NCBI GenBank assembly: GCA_964016885.1
Contig: OZ024743.1
Coordinates: 122,636,001 to 122,700,000, forward strand
Direction of reading: 5' to 3'
From: Eledone cirrhosa
Taxonomy: Eukaryota
DNA: 64,000 bases
This document shows, piece by piece, positions 40,739 through 53,730 of the stretch. Under the pieces are notes generated by a model. That model did not search any database. It was not told the DNA's origin and worked only from the letters and a program-made list of their open reading frames with translations. Position 1 is the stretch's first letter. Each line of letters opens with the position of its first letter. The position numbers were made by a program, and so were the translations under genes.

Positions 40739-41384
40739 TTTATTATTAAACCTAATATGTAAATAAATATTCAAAGGCAACGAAAATAGCATTAAGTATG
40801 ACTATACTCTAACTATATGACTCTTAACTACTATGATATATTTTTATTTGACGTACCAGTTCATTTATCTCTCTCCTATATATGATGTATCTACTCTTTG
40901 GAGATTGAGAAGACCACAAGACTAATAATAAATGTAGATGCATATATTGGCGCAGAGTATAGATTAAAATACAGTGAACTCCCAAAGAAGGGTCACCGTT
41001 TCGGCTTACATGTAGAGTAGCTGGATTGCAACGAATATCCCAGGACAAAATTTGAATAGCCTCATTATGAGATGAAGAGATGGAATGAGAGATACAGAGG
41101 GTAGGGAGTGAGAAGACGGGAGAGAGAGGGACGAGAGAGACAGATTGAGACAGAGAGGGATAGAGGAAGAAAGAGAATATGTGGCGGAGGAAAGATTTAG
41201 TGGTGAGAGGTAGAAATAGCTAGGCATTACTAAACGATTTAGGTCGGGCTTTATCATGATTTGAGCCCATGAGTATGGATTCTCTAACACACAGACAAAG
41301 AATTTTTTTTTTCTTTTTTTTAACACTTTAGTCTTTATTGTGTTGTATCAGATGAAAGAATGGTATTTAACTAATGTATTGGTA

Positions 41385-42505
41385 CGCGATGGAGCTGCAG
41401 AAAGTGTCGGTGCAAGTGGCATCCCAGACGAGGGGTTTGCCACCGCAGAACGGGAAGATGATCATGCCATCTGGCCTTTTGCCGTCCCCTCGATCCAGCC
41501 CCACCGGCTCGATCTGGGAAGGGAAGACTGCAGCGTCCAAGCCAAGCTTAATGACCTCATTGAGGGCAGCATCGCGTGGAATGCGGCCGGCACTGTGGCG
41601 ACAGGAAAGCGAGTGTAAGCCGAAAGAGTCCACGGTGGAACCGCAGCGACATTGGTGTGGCTGGCAGATCCGGAGGCCGAGCCTCAGGGAAACGCGGATT
41701 CGCAGGTTGTCTATGGTTGTCTAGCTGCGTGCCAGTGGAGAAGGAGGGCAGGGCATGGAGCCAGGCACCACTGTTGGGTTTGGAGGCCGAACGAAAACAA
41801 GCAAGGCGGTGCTGGTCGAGCTGGCGCGTGAGCTTGTCTGAGGCCAGGCTGCACTGGATGGAATCCCAAGTGCGTTGGGGGGACTTGACGTCAACAGGAG
41901 GAGAAGGAGGAGGGACGTCTACTGGGCTAAGTCCCAGCCGGTCCCACGTCTCACAGGCGGCCTCCCGTTCTCTGAACACAGAGGGTTCTGTTGTGTTTTG
42001 AAGGACACTGCTGACGAGGACGCGGCACGAGGTTACCGACGAAAGATACGCCGGCAAAGCTAGTGAGATCGGGGACCGGAGGCCAAGGCCGCCATACCTG
42101 ACAGGTAAAGTTGCCTGTTGCCACCCTATGTCGTCAAACGTGACGTTGCATATCCCCTCGGCTGCTGCTCGGATACAAGTATCGAGGTCAGCGAGGAGAG
42201 ATGTCTGGGTGTAGCATGGAGCGCTGCGGAGTGTATAGAGGAGCTTCGGCATGGCGAAGCAGTTCCTCAGCAGAAAGAGAGCTGGGTGGCCGTCAATCAA
42301 GCCCAGTCGGCTCGTGAGAGTCTGGAGCTGTTGAAGCCTGGACCCGATGGTGGAGCGGATGGCCGGCGGGTGGATCGGTGACCCGAGGATGAGGTCATCC
42401 TCTTGGGGGGGGGGGGGGTCACCTGAACCTGGCGGAGAATGGACCGCACGTCCAAGACGGAGGCTGCAAAGCTCGCAGCATCGAGGCTGACGTTCACCAC
42501 CTCCG
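41385..42505 (-). mobile_element. CRE-like non-LTR retrotransposon fragment (post-RT region and RLE)
   Basis: 41557..42300(-): WQQATLPVRYGGLGLR…SGAWLHALP. 41367..41633(-): HSLSC…GDGKRPDG…[10 protein letters not shown]. Frameshifted. Confidence 0.88.
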
Positions 42506-42631
42506 ACATAATTCGGGTATCGTTACTGATTTTTCCTGGTATCTGGTTGTTAGACCTCTAGAAATTCTCTATCTGTGTGTTAGAGAGATCATAACCTCTC
42601 GATGCAGCTAGGATGAAGCCTTGATCTAAAT

Positions 42632-43460
42632 CAGTGGATCTCAAAGTGGGCGCTACCACTCCTGAGGGGCTTTAAGAAGGTTCAGGAGGGCGAGCGGCCT
42701 AAGGGGGTGGTGGGTGGTAGAGATGATGTGATAGTATATTAAATATCGAATGATACATATTATATATAAATATAGTAAAATAAAAAAAATATAAAAAATA
42801 TAAAATATTTATTTAAATATAGTATATATTCTATTTGTTTTCATATATAAATTAACGATTTTATTTATTATATATTACCAGCAGAAAACCCACCCTTCGT
42901 GTGGTTTTCTGTTAGCATGTGTAGTGTACATATTGATATTATACGCAAGTAGATATGATAGTGTACATATTGATATTATATGCATGTAGATATGATACAT
43001 CAAATAAAATCGTAATTGGCAATATGTACAGAAATTGAACGAAGACTGTGTTACACTGCCTTATTTAATCAGTAACGTAATCCATGATACATTAAAAAAA
43101 AATAATATTATATATATAAACTGCATTAGGAGAAAATTAGTGACGGAAATATATGAATGTTTATTTAAGCGATCGCTAACCGGAAGTGTTCACAATTGAA
43201 AATTTTAAAGAAGTGAATCTTTAAATAAACAATAAAATATATTTAATCAACAGCTACGAAATTTAGTAGATAAATTATGTAAAATTCATTCATTATTTAT
43301 TCAAAGTAATCCAACTTATTTTACTAATGGGATAAACAATTATAAACCGTACGCAGTCCCGCACTCATTACTTTATTATAGTTTAGATTTACAATTTGCG
43401 TGTAGGTAGGTCTCTCTGGCCGTAAGGTGGGCGGTGGTCCTAAAAGTTTGAGAACCTCTG
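42632..43460. mobile_element. hAT-type (Charlie/Buster-like) MITE with 8-bp TSD
   Basis: Imperfect TIRs CAGTGGATCTCAAA / TTTGAGAACCTCTG. TSD ATCTAAAT at 42624-42631 and 43461-43468. Confidence 0.85.
42878..43387 (-). mobile_element. Non-autonomous Helitron nested in the hAT MITE
   Basis: Minus-strand 5' TCTAAACTATAATAAA, 3' GC-rich hairpin then CTGG (fits CTRR), inserted between A and T. Confidence 0.65.
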
Positions 43461-44585
43461 ATCTAAATGCTTAGTAGTTCCTGACTAAGCCTATATTTTA
43501 ACACAACATCTTTTTTCTTCTCACATTTTCCTTTTCTTTTGGTTTCTAGCTTCCATCATTTAACTGTCAGCTTAAAATATTTTTCTATAAACTTTTATTA
43601 GTTTTAGTCTTTATGTCCAATAATCATTTAAAAATCTGAACCAGGTAATAATCTCGCTAAATCCTAATATGAAAACAAAATTAATATTTCAAATGATATC
43701 AACGATATGGTAAAAAGAAATGAAGGGAGCCGATTGTCAGATTGGAATTAACAAACTTTATTTCTTTGGTCTTTCCATTGTTGATGTTCTCTGCCTGTCG
43801 CAAGTCCTGTCACAGACAGATCTAGGAAAAGTTCCGCAAAGTATAACAATTACGCTAATCCACCACCACTGGACTGGTACTTTATTTATCAACCCTGCTA
43901 CATTTTTATTACGTCTACCTATCACGCAGTGGTTTCCATAATTGGCTCATACATATATCATAAAGAAGACAGCAATGATATGATTTTGCTGCTATTTCTA
44001 CCATGTCGAGCTATATATATGACTGTTAACTGCTTTAATCCCGATTCTATTCACTGAACTAAATGTTTTAAGGTGAAATACGCCAGCTGCCCTTCCGAAT
44101 TTGAATTCATCCAAATACGTACTCTTTGTTGTGTAATTAACGACGGTGATATCATTCTGAGGAGAATTCTACGCTGCACGCTATACGAAATTGAATTTCC
44201 TGTAAATTACATTCAATGTTGACTCGATTAGGGTTTTGTAACGAGCTATTTATGTGAATGAATGTGTTATTCAGTTTGGTTCAAGCATACACCACAGATA
44301 TCAGTAGATGTGTATTGCGTAATAGCTAACTTGCCCTATGAATTCCTATTAGCATACATAATTATGAAATGTTAGTTCCAATTATAAAACTCCGCATTCA
44401 TCAATATTTTACCAATAAGACGGTAGATATGGATGGATGTAATGTATATTAAACCAAAGCAATATTATAAGTTTCTGAGATATGATGATAAACATTAATA
44501 TTTCATATGAATAATTAAACTAGCATTTATGAATAAGCGTACTTTTTAGGAGACATACTTTTTTATTTTCTCACATACACATCCA

Positions 44586-44592
44586 GAGATAA

Positions 44593-44689
<97 letters not shown>

Positions 44690-44730
44690 GATAGAGAGAG
44701 AGAGAGAGCGAGAGAGAGAGAGAGAGAGAA
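44586..44730. repeat. (GATA)n(GA)n microsatellite
   Basis: Directly visible. Confidence 0.95.
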
Positions 44731-46002
44731 GGAAAGAGGAGAGAAAGAAAGGAGTAGTAAGAGAGGAGGAACGACGACATTTAAAAATAATATATCCTCA
44801 AAATTTAAACATCATTGATCTGTTGACTAGTTTCAAATAGTTCTCTGATAATTTTTCTGGGTACCATTAGTATAAATTTTGCTTCACCTGTTATTTAGTT
44901 CCCAACTACTCTATCTACGTATGTTTACTCTTTTCATTAGTTAATATTTATTATATTGTACGAAAATATACCACGAATAAATAAAAAAGATAGCACTGGT
45001 CACGATTAAAGAATAGACGAAAACAAAAAAGACTGACAATACAAATTTCAGTCATTTGTAGATTTGAAATATCTATGTAGACAATATTTGAATAGGCACC
45101 AAAACATTTTTAATCTCAGAAGGAGCGATACTGTAAATATCACATCTGAACACCACTTTAGATAACTGCTGGAAGAAGACAAATAATAACAGCTTGATGT
45201 TACTGAAAATCAAATGAGATATATATATATTTTATTAAAGAGAAATATATAAATTTACTATGCAATATTGACCTTGCTCATTATTCATTTCAATTCTTTT
45301 TTAATCACTTTATATTATATTGGAAGTTAGTGTTTTATATCGTTTATACTGTTCTTGTTTGCTCTTGTTGATTGTAATCGACTACTATTTGACTCTGCTT
45401 ATTAATGTTGTTTACTATTGATTTCTTCTTCCCACTCTTTTGTCTCTTTTTATTGTGTACTGGTACATTTAGTTATTGCTTTTATTCTGTATGTTACTGT
45501 AGTGTCATAATCTATTATCATAACATAGCCATCATAAATTTTATGATCTACGAAATGTTATATTAGTAGAGAGAACAATATTTTAATAATGGTGTTATTG
45601 AACACAACTCTTTTACTCTATACCCTATGGTCTAAATAGTATTTTTATGTTGTGCTTTTCAAAGATATTCGTTATCATTCAGTAACATATGTTTCTAAAA
45701 TACATACTTTCTATTAATCGTCAGTTAAATATTATCTCTTTCCGAATTCGAAAGTGTTTATCGAAGTATTTAATGAAGATTATCAGGTTCATGTATTTCA
45801 TGCAAATGAGAGACAGCCCATCCTCAATCGGGCGTAAGAGACCTTCAGAACACCCTGCAGATTTCTGCCAAGAGGTAATCTTTATAAATAAGCCATCATT
45901 ATTAAATGCCATATCAGCAACATGAACAAATGTTGCTTCAACAAAGAGTCATCGTGGAATCGCACTTAAGAAGCTACTGTTTATTTCATACATGAGGGAA
46001 AA

Positions 46003-46186
46003 ATTGGCAGTATCAGTAGAGTGTCAGACACCATGTTTTGCAGCATAGAGTTATGGCCCTTTGCGTTCTGAGTTCAAATCCCTCTGAGGTTAATTTTGTC
46101 TTTCATCCTTACGGGGTCAATAAAATAAAGCACCAGTTATGCACTGGGATAATTTCTGGCCTTGTGCGAAAAGTAGAAACAATTAT
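46003..46186 (+). mobile_element. Family-A SINE
   Basis: Sequence match. Confidence 0.85.
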
Positions 46187-46639
46187 TAAGAAAGTGCAAA
46201 CATAATATCATGAACAGATAGGGTTGGGCATTTTTCAAGGGGATATAAGTATAAAGGGCCATATCAGCAGCATTTACAAACGTTGCTACAACAAAGAGTC
46301 ATCGTAGAATCGCACTTAAAAAGCTACTGTTAATTTCATACATGAAAATGTTTGCAAGAATCATTCCTAGAATCTCGGAAATGTCTATGCATTGGCATAG
46401 CACCTGAATACAAACAGATAATCCTTTCATTTTCCTGTACTTCTGACATGTCTTTTTTAATGAAAATATTGATTGCGCCTGTCTTGTGTTCCTGCATAAT
46501 TCCGGATTATGACTTTTGTAAACGACACGGAACTATTACAATATAAATCTTACAGTCGCCCTACTTGTTCCTGTGTCATACGATTTCATATCTATGCAAA
46601 ATGTAAAAATCAATTGCCTCTAAAGTGTGTAGCTTTTCG

Positions 46640-48665
46640 TTATTTGATGAAATATTTCAGAAAAGAACTAAACGGCTTCATGGTAATTGTATTATTAAGT
46701 CCCCAGTTTCGTTACAAACATAATTGTTACTTTGTCACTCAGAGTAGATGGAAAATTCACCGGAGTATCAAGGACCGCAGACATATGGATAAAAGTTTCT
46801 TTAAAATGTGCGCAGTGCCTAGCAAGACTGATGTTTGTATGCCACCAATCTTGTATGGTATTACCAACAAAGGTTTAGAGTTTTAATGGGATTGATCCTA
46901 AGCCCCGATTACAGCTGGTATCACTTTCAAATTATCCTCTCGCATTCCAAACAACATTTTCTATCTCCACTTTCAAATCGGAGTATTTGCCGGATTTTTC
47001 AACCTTTTACTCGCAATATTCATATCATTTGGTATGGCTACGTTTATGATCTGACAGTATTTGTCCTAGCGGCGATGCTTAATTATTCTATCAGTCTGAA
47101 AATCATAATCCAAGAATATCGTAACTTTCCCATCCTCGTGCATCTCTCTACAAGGTGCATGCTCATGCCAATTCTCTGTTACTTCATATTAGCTTTTATG
47201 ACATAACAACCAAAAGAAGGTACACACGGACGTTATCATGGCAGCGCTTGTATTATTTTACCGCAAGGCTCTCCCATCCTCTTACCAAGTGGGTTACATT
47301 TTACACATTTACTTCACAGATTCTACATTTCAGGGTGTCAGACGTTTTGTGGATGGTATATTTCAGTGAATTGGGAGCAAGAGCTTGGTCTTATGTTACA
47401 ATTATAAAGCTTTGAGTGGTACGCTTCAAATCCCCTTGCTTAAGTCATACCCGTGATGTTTATCCTCGATATACTGTGGATTTCTTTCAAACTATCTGTG
47501 CATGCTTTATAAATGGTTCTTTCTTTCCTGGTTGCTATATGTGCTATGACAAATGGTAATGGGGAAAATTAGTCACTTTGGAAGATACCTCTTTTAATAT
47601 CTATTTATCCAAGGAATACATTTGGTCTTCCACTCTAACATATTATTCTGTAGATTTGTGATGTCAGCAATACCAAACATCAGCAGGCATTCAACAATCC
47701 AAGATTGAGGCACCACATCAATCCAAGCTATAGGCATATTGATATGAACCTTTTTTACAATGTCCCAAAACTGTCTTATCGATCAGCAGATGATCTTTGG
47801 TACCCCAAGATCTTCTACATCCTTTTTGTTCCCTTGATAATATTTCTTCCTGTAAAAGAAAAGTATAAGACTTATCCGCAAATATTCCAGCAAATACCTT
47901 CCATATTATGTTCAGGCAGGCTATAGGACGGTAGTTTTCCACAAAATTTCTCCTGTTTTATCTTTTATTATAAGCGTTGTTCTCGTTACCATGCAAGAGG
48001 AACTGCACCGCGCTGGACACATTCAATTGAGTTGCAAGTCTTTCATGAACCGCATTGCATTTCTTCAATCAAAATCTATGGATCCCGTTTAGACCGAGAG
48101 CTTTCCAATTTGGTACTTTGGCCACTTGATCCTTCACATCAACTGTGTTTATGGTAATGCTTCTTTGTCTATTTTCTCTTCGCAATTCTGCCTTGATGGA
48201 TTTTATCCACTCGGCATCCCTTCTATGCATAACAGTGTTTCTCCATATTTCAAACTAGAATTACTTGGCCTGGTCATCATTAGCAAGAGCATACCTCCTA
48301 TTGTATTCTTCTAATGTGTGGAAGAATTGTTTTGGATTATTTTGGAACAATATATTCCCCTCGAGCTGCTTATTTCTGTTAATATATATCATCTTATCTT
48401 CTGAATTTTCGACAAAATCCTCTGTTTTAACTATTCCATTACTGTATTGAATCCATTCTTCCGTGTTTATACTTTTTGTCAAATATCGCTTGATCGGGCT
48501 TTTTCCGTTCTTCCATTTTCCTCTAAACCAATGCTCAGTTTTACTCCAATTTTGCTCTTTCATGACATTCAATGAGTGTAGTGTATTCTTCCTTCCTCGA
48601 CTTGTGTCTAGCTGAGCGCAATCTTTTGTGTGATCTGTTGCTGGGTAACGTTCGTCCAAGGCCAG
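46640..48665 (-). mobile_element. Old R4/Dong-like non-LTR retrotransposon remnant (RT region)
   Basis: 47718..47942(-): NYRPIACLNIIWK…EQKGCRRSWGTKDHLLIDK. 48261..(-): NILFQNNPKQFF. 3' end ACTAGGCACTGCGCACATT (LGTAHI). Many disruptions. Confidence 0.75.
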
Positions 48666-48671
48666 ATATGC

Positions 48672-48759
48672 ATGTATGTATGTATGTATGTATGTATGTA
48701 TGTATGTATGTATGTATGTATGTATGTATGTATGTATGTATGTATGTATGTATGTATGT
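48672..48759. repeat. (TATG)n microsatellite
   Basis: Directly visible. Confidence 0.97.
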
Positions 48760-48784
48760 TCTAGTTTCATTATTTTACAAATAT

Positions 48785-48970
48785 AGGGCGGTGGATTGGC
48801 AGTATCGGTAGAGGGTCGGACGCCATGCTTTCCAGCATAGTTACGTCCCTTTACGATCTGAGTTCAAGTCCCGCCGAGGTTGACTTTGCCTTTCATCCTT
48901 ACGGGGTCGATAAAATAAAGTACCAGTAATGCACTGGGTAATTGCTGGCCTTGTGCCTAAAGTAGAAACA
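48785..48970 (+). mobile_element. Family-A SINE, full length, 16-bp TSD
   Basis: TSD ATTATTTTACAAATAT at 48769-48784 and 48971-48986. Confidence 0.92.
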
Positions 48971-48986
48971 ATTATTTTACAAATAT

Positions 48987-50787
48987 TTACCAATAGAGAG
49001 AAAGTCGGTTTCTAATATAGACACAAGACTCATTGGAATTTAGACAAGATTAACTAGTTAAATATAAATGCATGTCTGCATGTGTGCGTGTCTGTTCAGG
49101 TATGGGTATTATTGTATGTGTGCATCTGTATGCTTTGAATTATAAGTGTACACATGCATATATTTTATATCTAAATATGTGTATTTGCAGTTATTACATG
49201 CAGATATTTTAGAATGTTTTACATAATTTTACAGTTACATTAATAGATTGTACTTTTAACTTCCCAACTAGTCGTGTTCTTTCTAGTTCTGTGAAGCCGC
49301 CTTCTCAAAATTTGTACTGAGGCAGTTAGTAACATATCCCAAAGCCCCGATAAATCACAGGTATAAATCTGATGGTATAGTTATGGTGGAGTATCTGCAC
49401 ATTTCTCATTAGTTCTACATAGATATTCTCCTTTTCGCTAAATATTAATATTATATTGGCAGCTGCTGGGCAGCTGAATTCCACTACTGTGCATGCCTTC
49501 TTTTCCATGTCCTATATCATTATATCTGATCTATTATGCTTGCATTTTATTGGGATTTTGACTGGAACATTCCGCCAGTACTCTTTCATATTATGTATGT
49601 ATATGTATACCACATTGGTGTAACTTTTAATATGTTTATTGTCTGGGATATCTTCTCTACGGATTGCAATGTACAGTGTTTTGGCCACTACATCGTGCCT
49701 CATTTGTAGATAATACCGTGATGACAAATTTGGAGAGCTGCGTATGATATGGGTGACATTTACGATGTTAATTCAGCAGAGTCTGCATTTCTTATCTCAT
49801 CTAGATGTTTTGCCTTCATCCCTATCTCTTGTGAATCAGGTATTTTGTATTGATTTCCTGTTCTTGAGTTGGAAAAAATATATACTTCAAATGTATGTTC
49901 TTCTGGTTTTATAATTTTATAAATGTTTACCAATACAGAGAGAGAGTCGGTTTCTAACAGATACAAGACTCTCTCATTGAAATTTAAACAAGATCAACTA
50001 GTTAGATATGTATACATGTTTGCATGCATGAATGTGTGTGCAGGTATGGATGTTAATGTATGTGTAGATGTATATGTTTTGAGTTATATGTGGGCATGTG
50101 CATATGATTTGTGTCTGTACAAGTGTATATGCAATTAATAGATGCAGAATTTTTGGAATGTTTTACATATTTTTTTACTGTTCCATTAATGGATTGTACT
50201 TATAATTTCCTAACTAGTCGTGTTTCTTCTGTTTCTGTGAAGTTTAGCTTCTCATGATTTGTACTGAGGCAGTTACTAATCTATCCCAGTGTCCCAATAA
50301 TCACAGGCATAAATCTGAAGGTATAGTCAGGGTGGAGTATCTGCATATTTCTCATTAGTTCTGTATAGATATTCTCCTTTTCGCTGATTTTTAATATTAT
50401 ACTGGTATCTGCTGGGCAACTAACTTCTACTACTGTGCATGCCTTCTTTTCCCTGTCTCATATCATAATCCCTGGTCTGTTATGTTTGCATTCTATTGGG
50501 GTTTTGACTGGAACATTCCACCAGTACTCTTTCATATTATGTATGTGTATGTTTTTAACATTGGTGTAACTTTTAATATGTTTATTGTCGGGATTTCATT
50601 TCAATGGATTACAGTGTACAGTGTTGTGGCCACTACATCGTTCCTCATAGATAGATAGTACCGTGATGATATCTTTGGACAGCTGCTTATGACATGGGTG
50701 ACATCTTCGATATTAATTCTGCATTTGTTGTCACGCCTAGGTGTTTTGCCTGCATCACTATCTCTTTTGTGAATCAGGTATTTTGTG
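48987..50787 (-). mobile_element. Two tandem 3' fragments of an R4/Dong-like element (48987-49865, 49925-50787)
   Basis: YYLQMRHDVVAK…EYWRN…KHNRSDIMI…CTVVEFSCP. Shared 3' UTR starting TTTACCAATA(C/G)AGAGAG on the plus strand. Third copy at 63.4 kb. Confidence 0.8.
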
Positions 50788-50800
50788 TATGTATGTATGT

Positions 50801-53640
50801 TATCTCTTTCTCTTAATTTCGAGTATATTTTTTTGACCGGCTACCTTCCTGTGGCAAGATTGTAAAAGAAAAGAAATTGTCGTCCTTTGAATCGCAAGAA
50901 TGTTTTGCAAACTTTGAAGGTGCCAGCTATCGCAGCCATTTGTAGACTATGAATTAGGGAGGTGCGCTTTTTGTCCGCAAATCCAAGTTCAGTCATACTT
51001 TGGTCCAAGCGGGTTGACATATAACCCGTAGCTCCAATAATGATGGGTATGAAGCTAAAGGTGTATGTTGGATACTGGATTTGTAAACTCCTCATCAATG
51101 GACCGTAGATGTTCTCCTTCTCCTGTATTTTTCTGACAACGTTTACATCAAGTGGGCAGCTGATCTCCACAACAGAACACGTTTTGAATGTGTGGTCCCA
51201 AACAACAATATCAGGTCTGTTGTGCTTTAATTTGGTGGCAGTTTTTATTTTCAGGTTCCACCAGTATTCCAGGGTGCCATCTGTCTCAATATATTCTTCC
51301 TCGTTTGTTGTTAATTTTGTTTTCCGAAGTGCGTTCCAAATGGTTCTAGCTATCCCACCGTGTCTCATGGGGAGGTAGTAGCGAGGTGACATTCTTTCGC
51401 AGCTGGCAACAATGTGGCTTACATCCTCGATCTTTGGTTTACATAGCCTATATTTATTGTCAGCTGCTGACCCTCCCCTTTTGTGCAGCAGATATTTGGT
51501 GGGGAGTTCTTGTTCCTGTATTGCATAGAGATATCCTTCAAGGTGTGATGTCATAAACTTGTCGGAACTCCATGCCAGGCTTTTTGAGTGGTTTATCCCC
51601 TCTATGGTCTGTGTTTTACGTCTCAAGTATCCATACACAACTTTTTCTGTAAATTGGTCAATTTTTTCATCTTGTTTGAACATTGAATAGGATCTTCCGA
51701 TTTCTCTGGGTGAGAGATTTATATCAGGCTTTATTCCATATCTCTCTTCCAGATCAGTCGCTATTCTAATGATATTTTTTTTTTCATGCTCATAAACCTG
51801 GGCAAGATGGTTGCCAACCTTTTTCCTCCGTTGAAGGTGTTGCTTCAGTGTTACTATCCAGGTCTCATATGTTGTTAATATTGATTTTAGACCCCGGCCA
51901 CCTTCCTTGCGTGAGAAGTATAGCCTATCCACATCACCATTGATGTTAAAGTTTCCAGCAACACTGAGAAGCTTGCGAGTTCTTACATTCATCTCATTTA
52001 ATTCTTGCAATGACCAGTTCAGCAGGCCAAATGTTGGCGTTAGGATTGGCACAGCATAAATATTACAGGCAATGTATTTGTTGTACGCTGATCGTTCTGA
52101 TTACCATATTTTCTTTACTATCCTGAGGTATTCTTTTCTGGTTCTCTCCTTATATATGGGTCCATCATATCTGACATTCTCACCCTGTCTAAGATATCTG
52201 TAGTTGTCCCCTGACTGTAAAGGTTGTATTGTTAAGCCGTTCATTTCTAGATTTCCAGAGGAGGGCACAACCCTTCCACGTTTTACTGTCAAATATGCAC
52301 ATTTGGACTCACACAATTTCATTCTGATGTCTGCAAAAAATTGTGTAATGAAGTCCAATTGTTTCTTGATGTCATTGATATTTGGCCCATACAACTTCAG
52401 GTCATCAACAAAGAAAAGATGGGAGATACTTCTGGAGCCACTTCTTTGTCCATCTTGTTTCCTGAGTAGGTAAGATAGTGGATTTAGTAAGAGAACGAAG
52501 AGTAGCACTGACAAGCTATCACCCTGAAAGATGTCATTCTGGTAATGTATCTTATCAGTCTTAACTTGCTCCTTCTCACCTCTAAGGATCAAATTGGTGT
52601 ACCAGTTCTTGGTCAGGCGTTCAACAGCAGCTACCAATGGTTGTGGGACTTTGGCTAACTGTAAAGCCTTAATAATCCACCCATGAGGTACACTATCAAA
52701 TGCTTTTTGATAGTCCAGCCACACCACAGTCATGTTTCTGCGAATCTTTGTTGTTTTTTCCTGAATCATTTTATTAGTTAGTAGGTGATCTATGCAACCC
52801 CACACCTCCCTCTTTCCACCAGCTTGCTCAGGTGTTATGATGTCGTTGGTAGCACAGTGATCCTGTAAGAACAGGTGAAGGTACCCAGTATATAATTTAT
52901 ACATGATGTTTTGGCAGGCTATTGGGTGGTAATTTTTAGCAAGGGTGGTTTGGCTATTTTGGGGAATGAGGAGAGTAGTGGCAGTTGATAACCATCTGGG
53001 CAGTTCTTGTGTGCCTTAATGGTTTCTGTAAACAGCCGTATGAGATCTTGCCGATAGAAAGTGAAATTCTTCAACCATTATCCTGTAATGAGGTCTGGGC
53101 CTGGTGATTTCTTATTCGACATTTTCTGTAGAGCTGTTTCCAGTATTGACCCATCTATGTCATATTGTTTTATCTGGACATGTTGGCAGTAGTCATGTTC
53201 CAGTTCTTTTAGCCAATTAGTTTGTCTGTTGAATCCGTCATCCGTTTCCCATGCATATCTCCAGTAGCTCTCAACCTGTTCTTTTGAAGGGGTGTCATTT
53301 ACAGGGATTGAGCTTTTGCCACCGAAGCTGCGATAAACTGATTTAGGATCTCTGGCAAACAATCAATTCCGTTAGATATATCAATTTACATCTAATGATA
53401 CGTTTTGCCTGTTCATTTAAATGCTTTGGAGAAAAGTCTAATTCTGGGTGTTTGGAGTTCCATAAAGTTTTTAGCCTTTGCATAAAACCGAACTTTTGGG
53501 GTTCAGATTGTTTGTATGCTTCATATAATCCCTTGTTAAGCTCGTAGCTCCACTGTATACAACGGTTGTAGTTGCGATTTGGTCGAAGGAGACTTGTACT
53601 TTTTGCTATGATGAGTTCGTCTATTCACTAATATTTCGTA
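50801..53640 (-). mobile_element. R4/Dong-like non-LTR retrotransposon, near full length but disrupted (RT and RLE)
   Basis: 52101..52904(-): WLDYQKAFDSVPH, FQGDSLS, FFVDDLKLY. 50841..52052(-): REGGRGL-like motif, degenerate CCHC, RH, NRPDIVV…EISCP…K..EK…Y. 3' end abuts (CATA)n. Confidence 0.92.
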
Positions 53641-53653
53641 TTTATTTTTCAAA

Positions 53654-53655
<2 letters not shown>

Positions 53656-53684
<29 letters not shown>

Positions 53685-53730
53685 TGTATGTATGTATGTA
53701 TGTATGTATGTATGTATGTATGTATGTATG
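53656..53730. repeat. (TATG)n microsatellite
   Basis: Directly visible. Confidence 0.97.
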
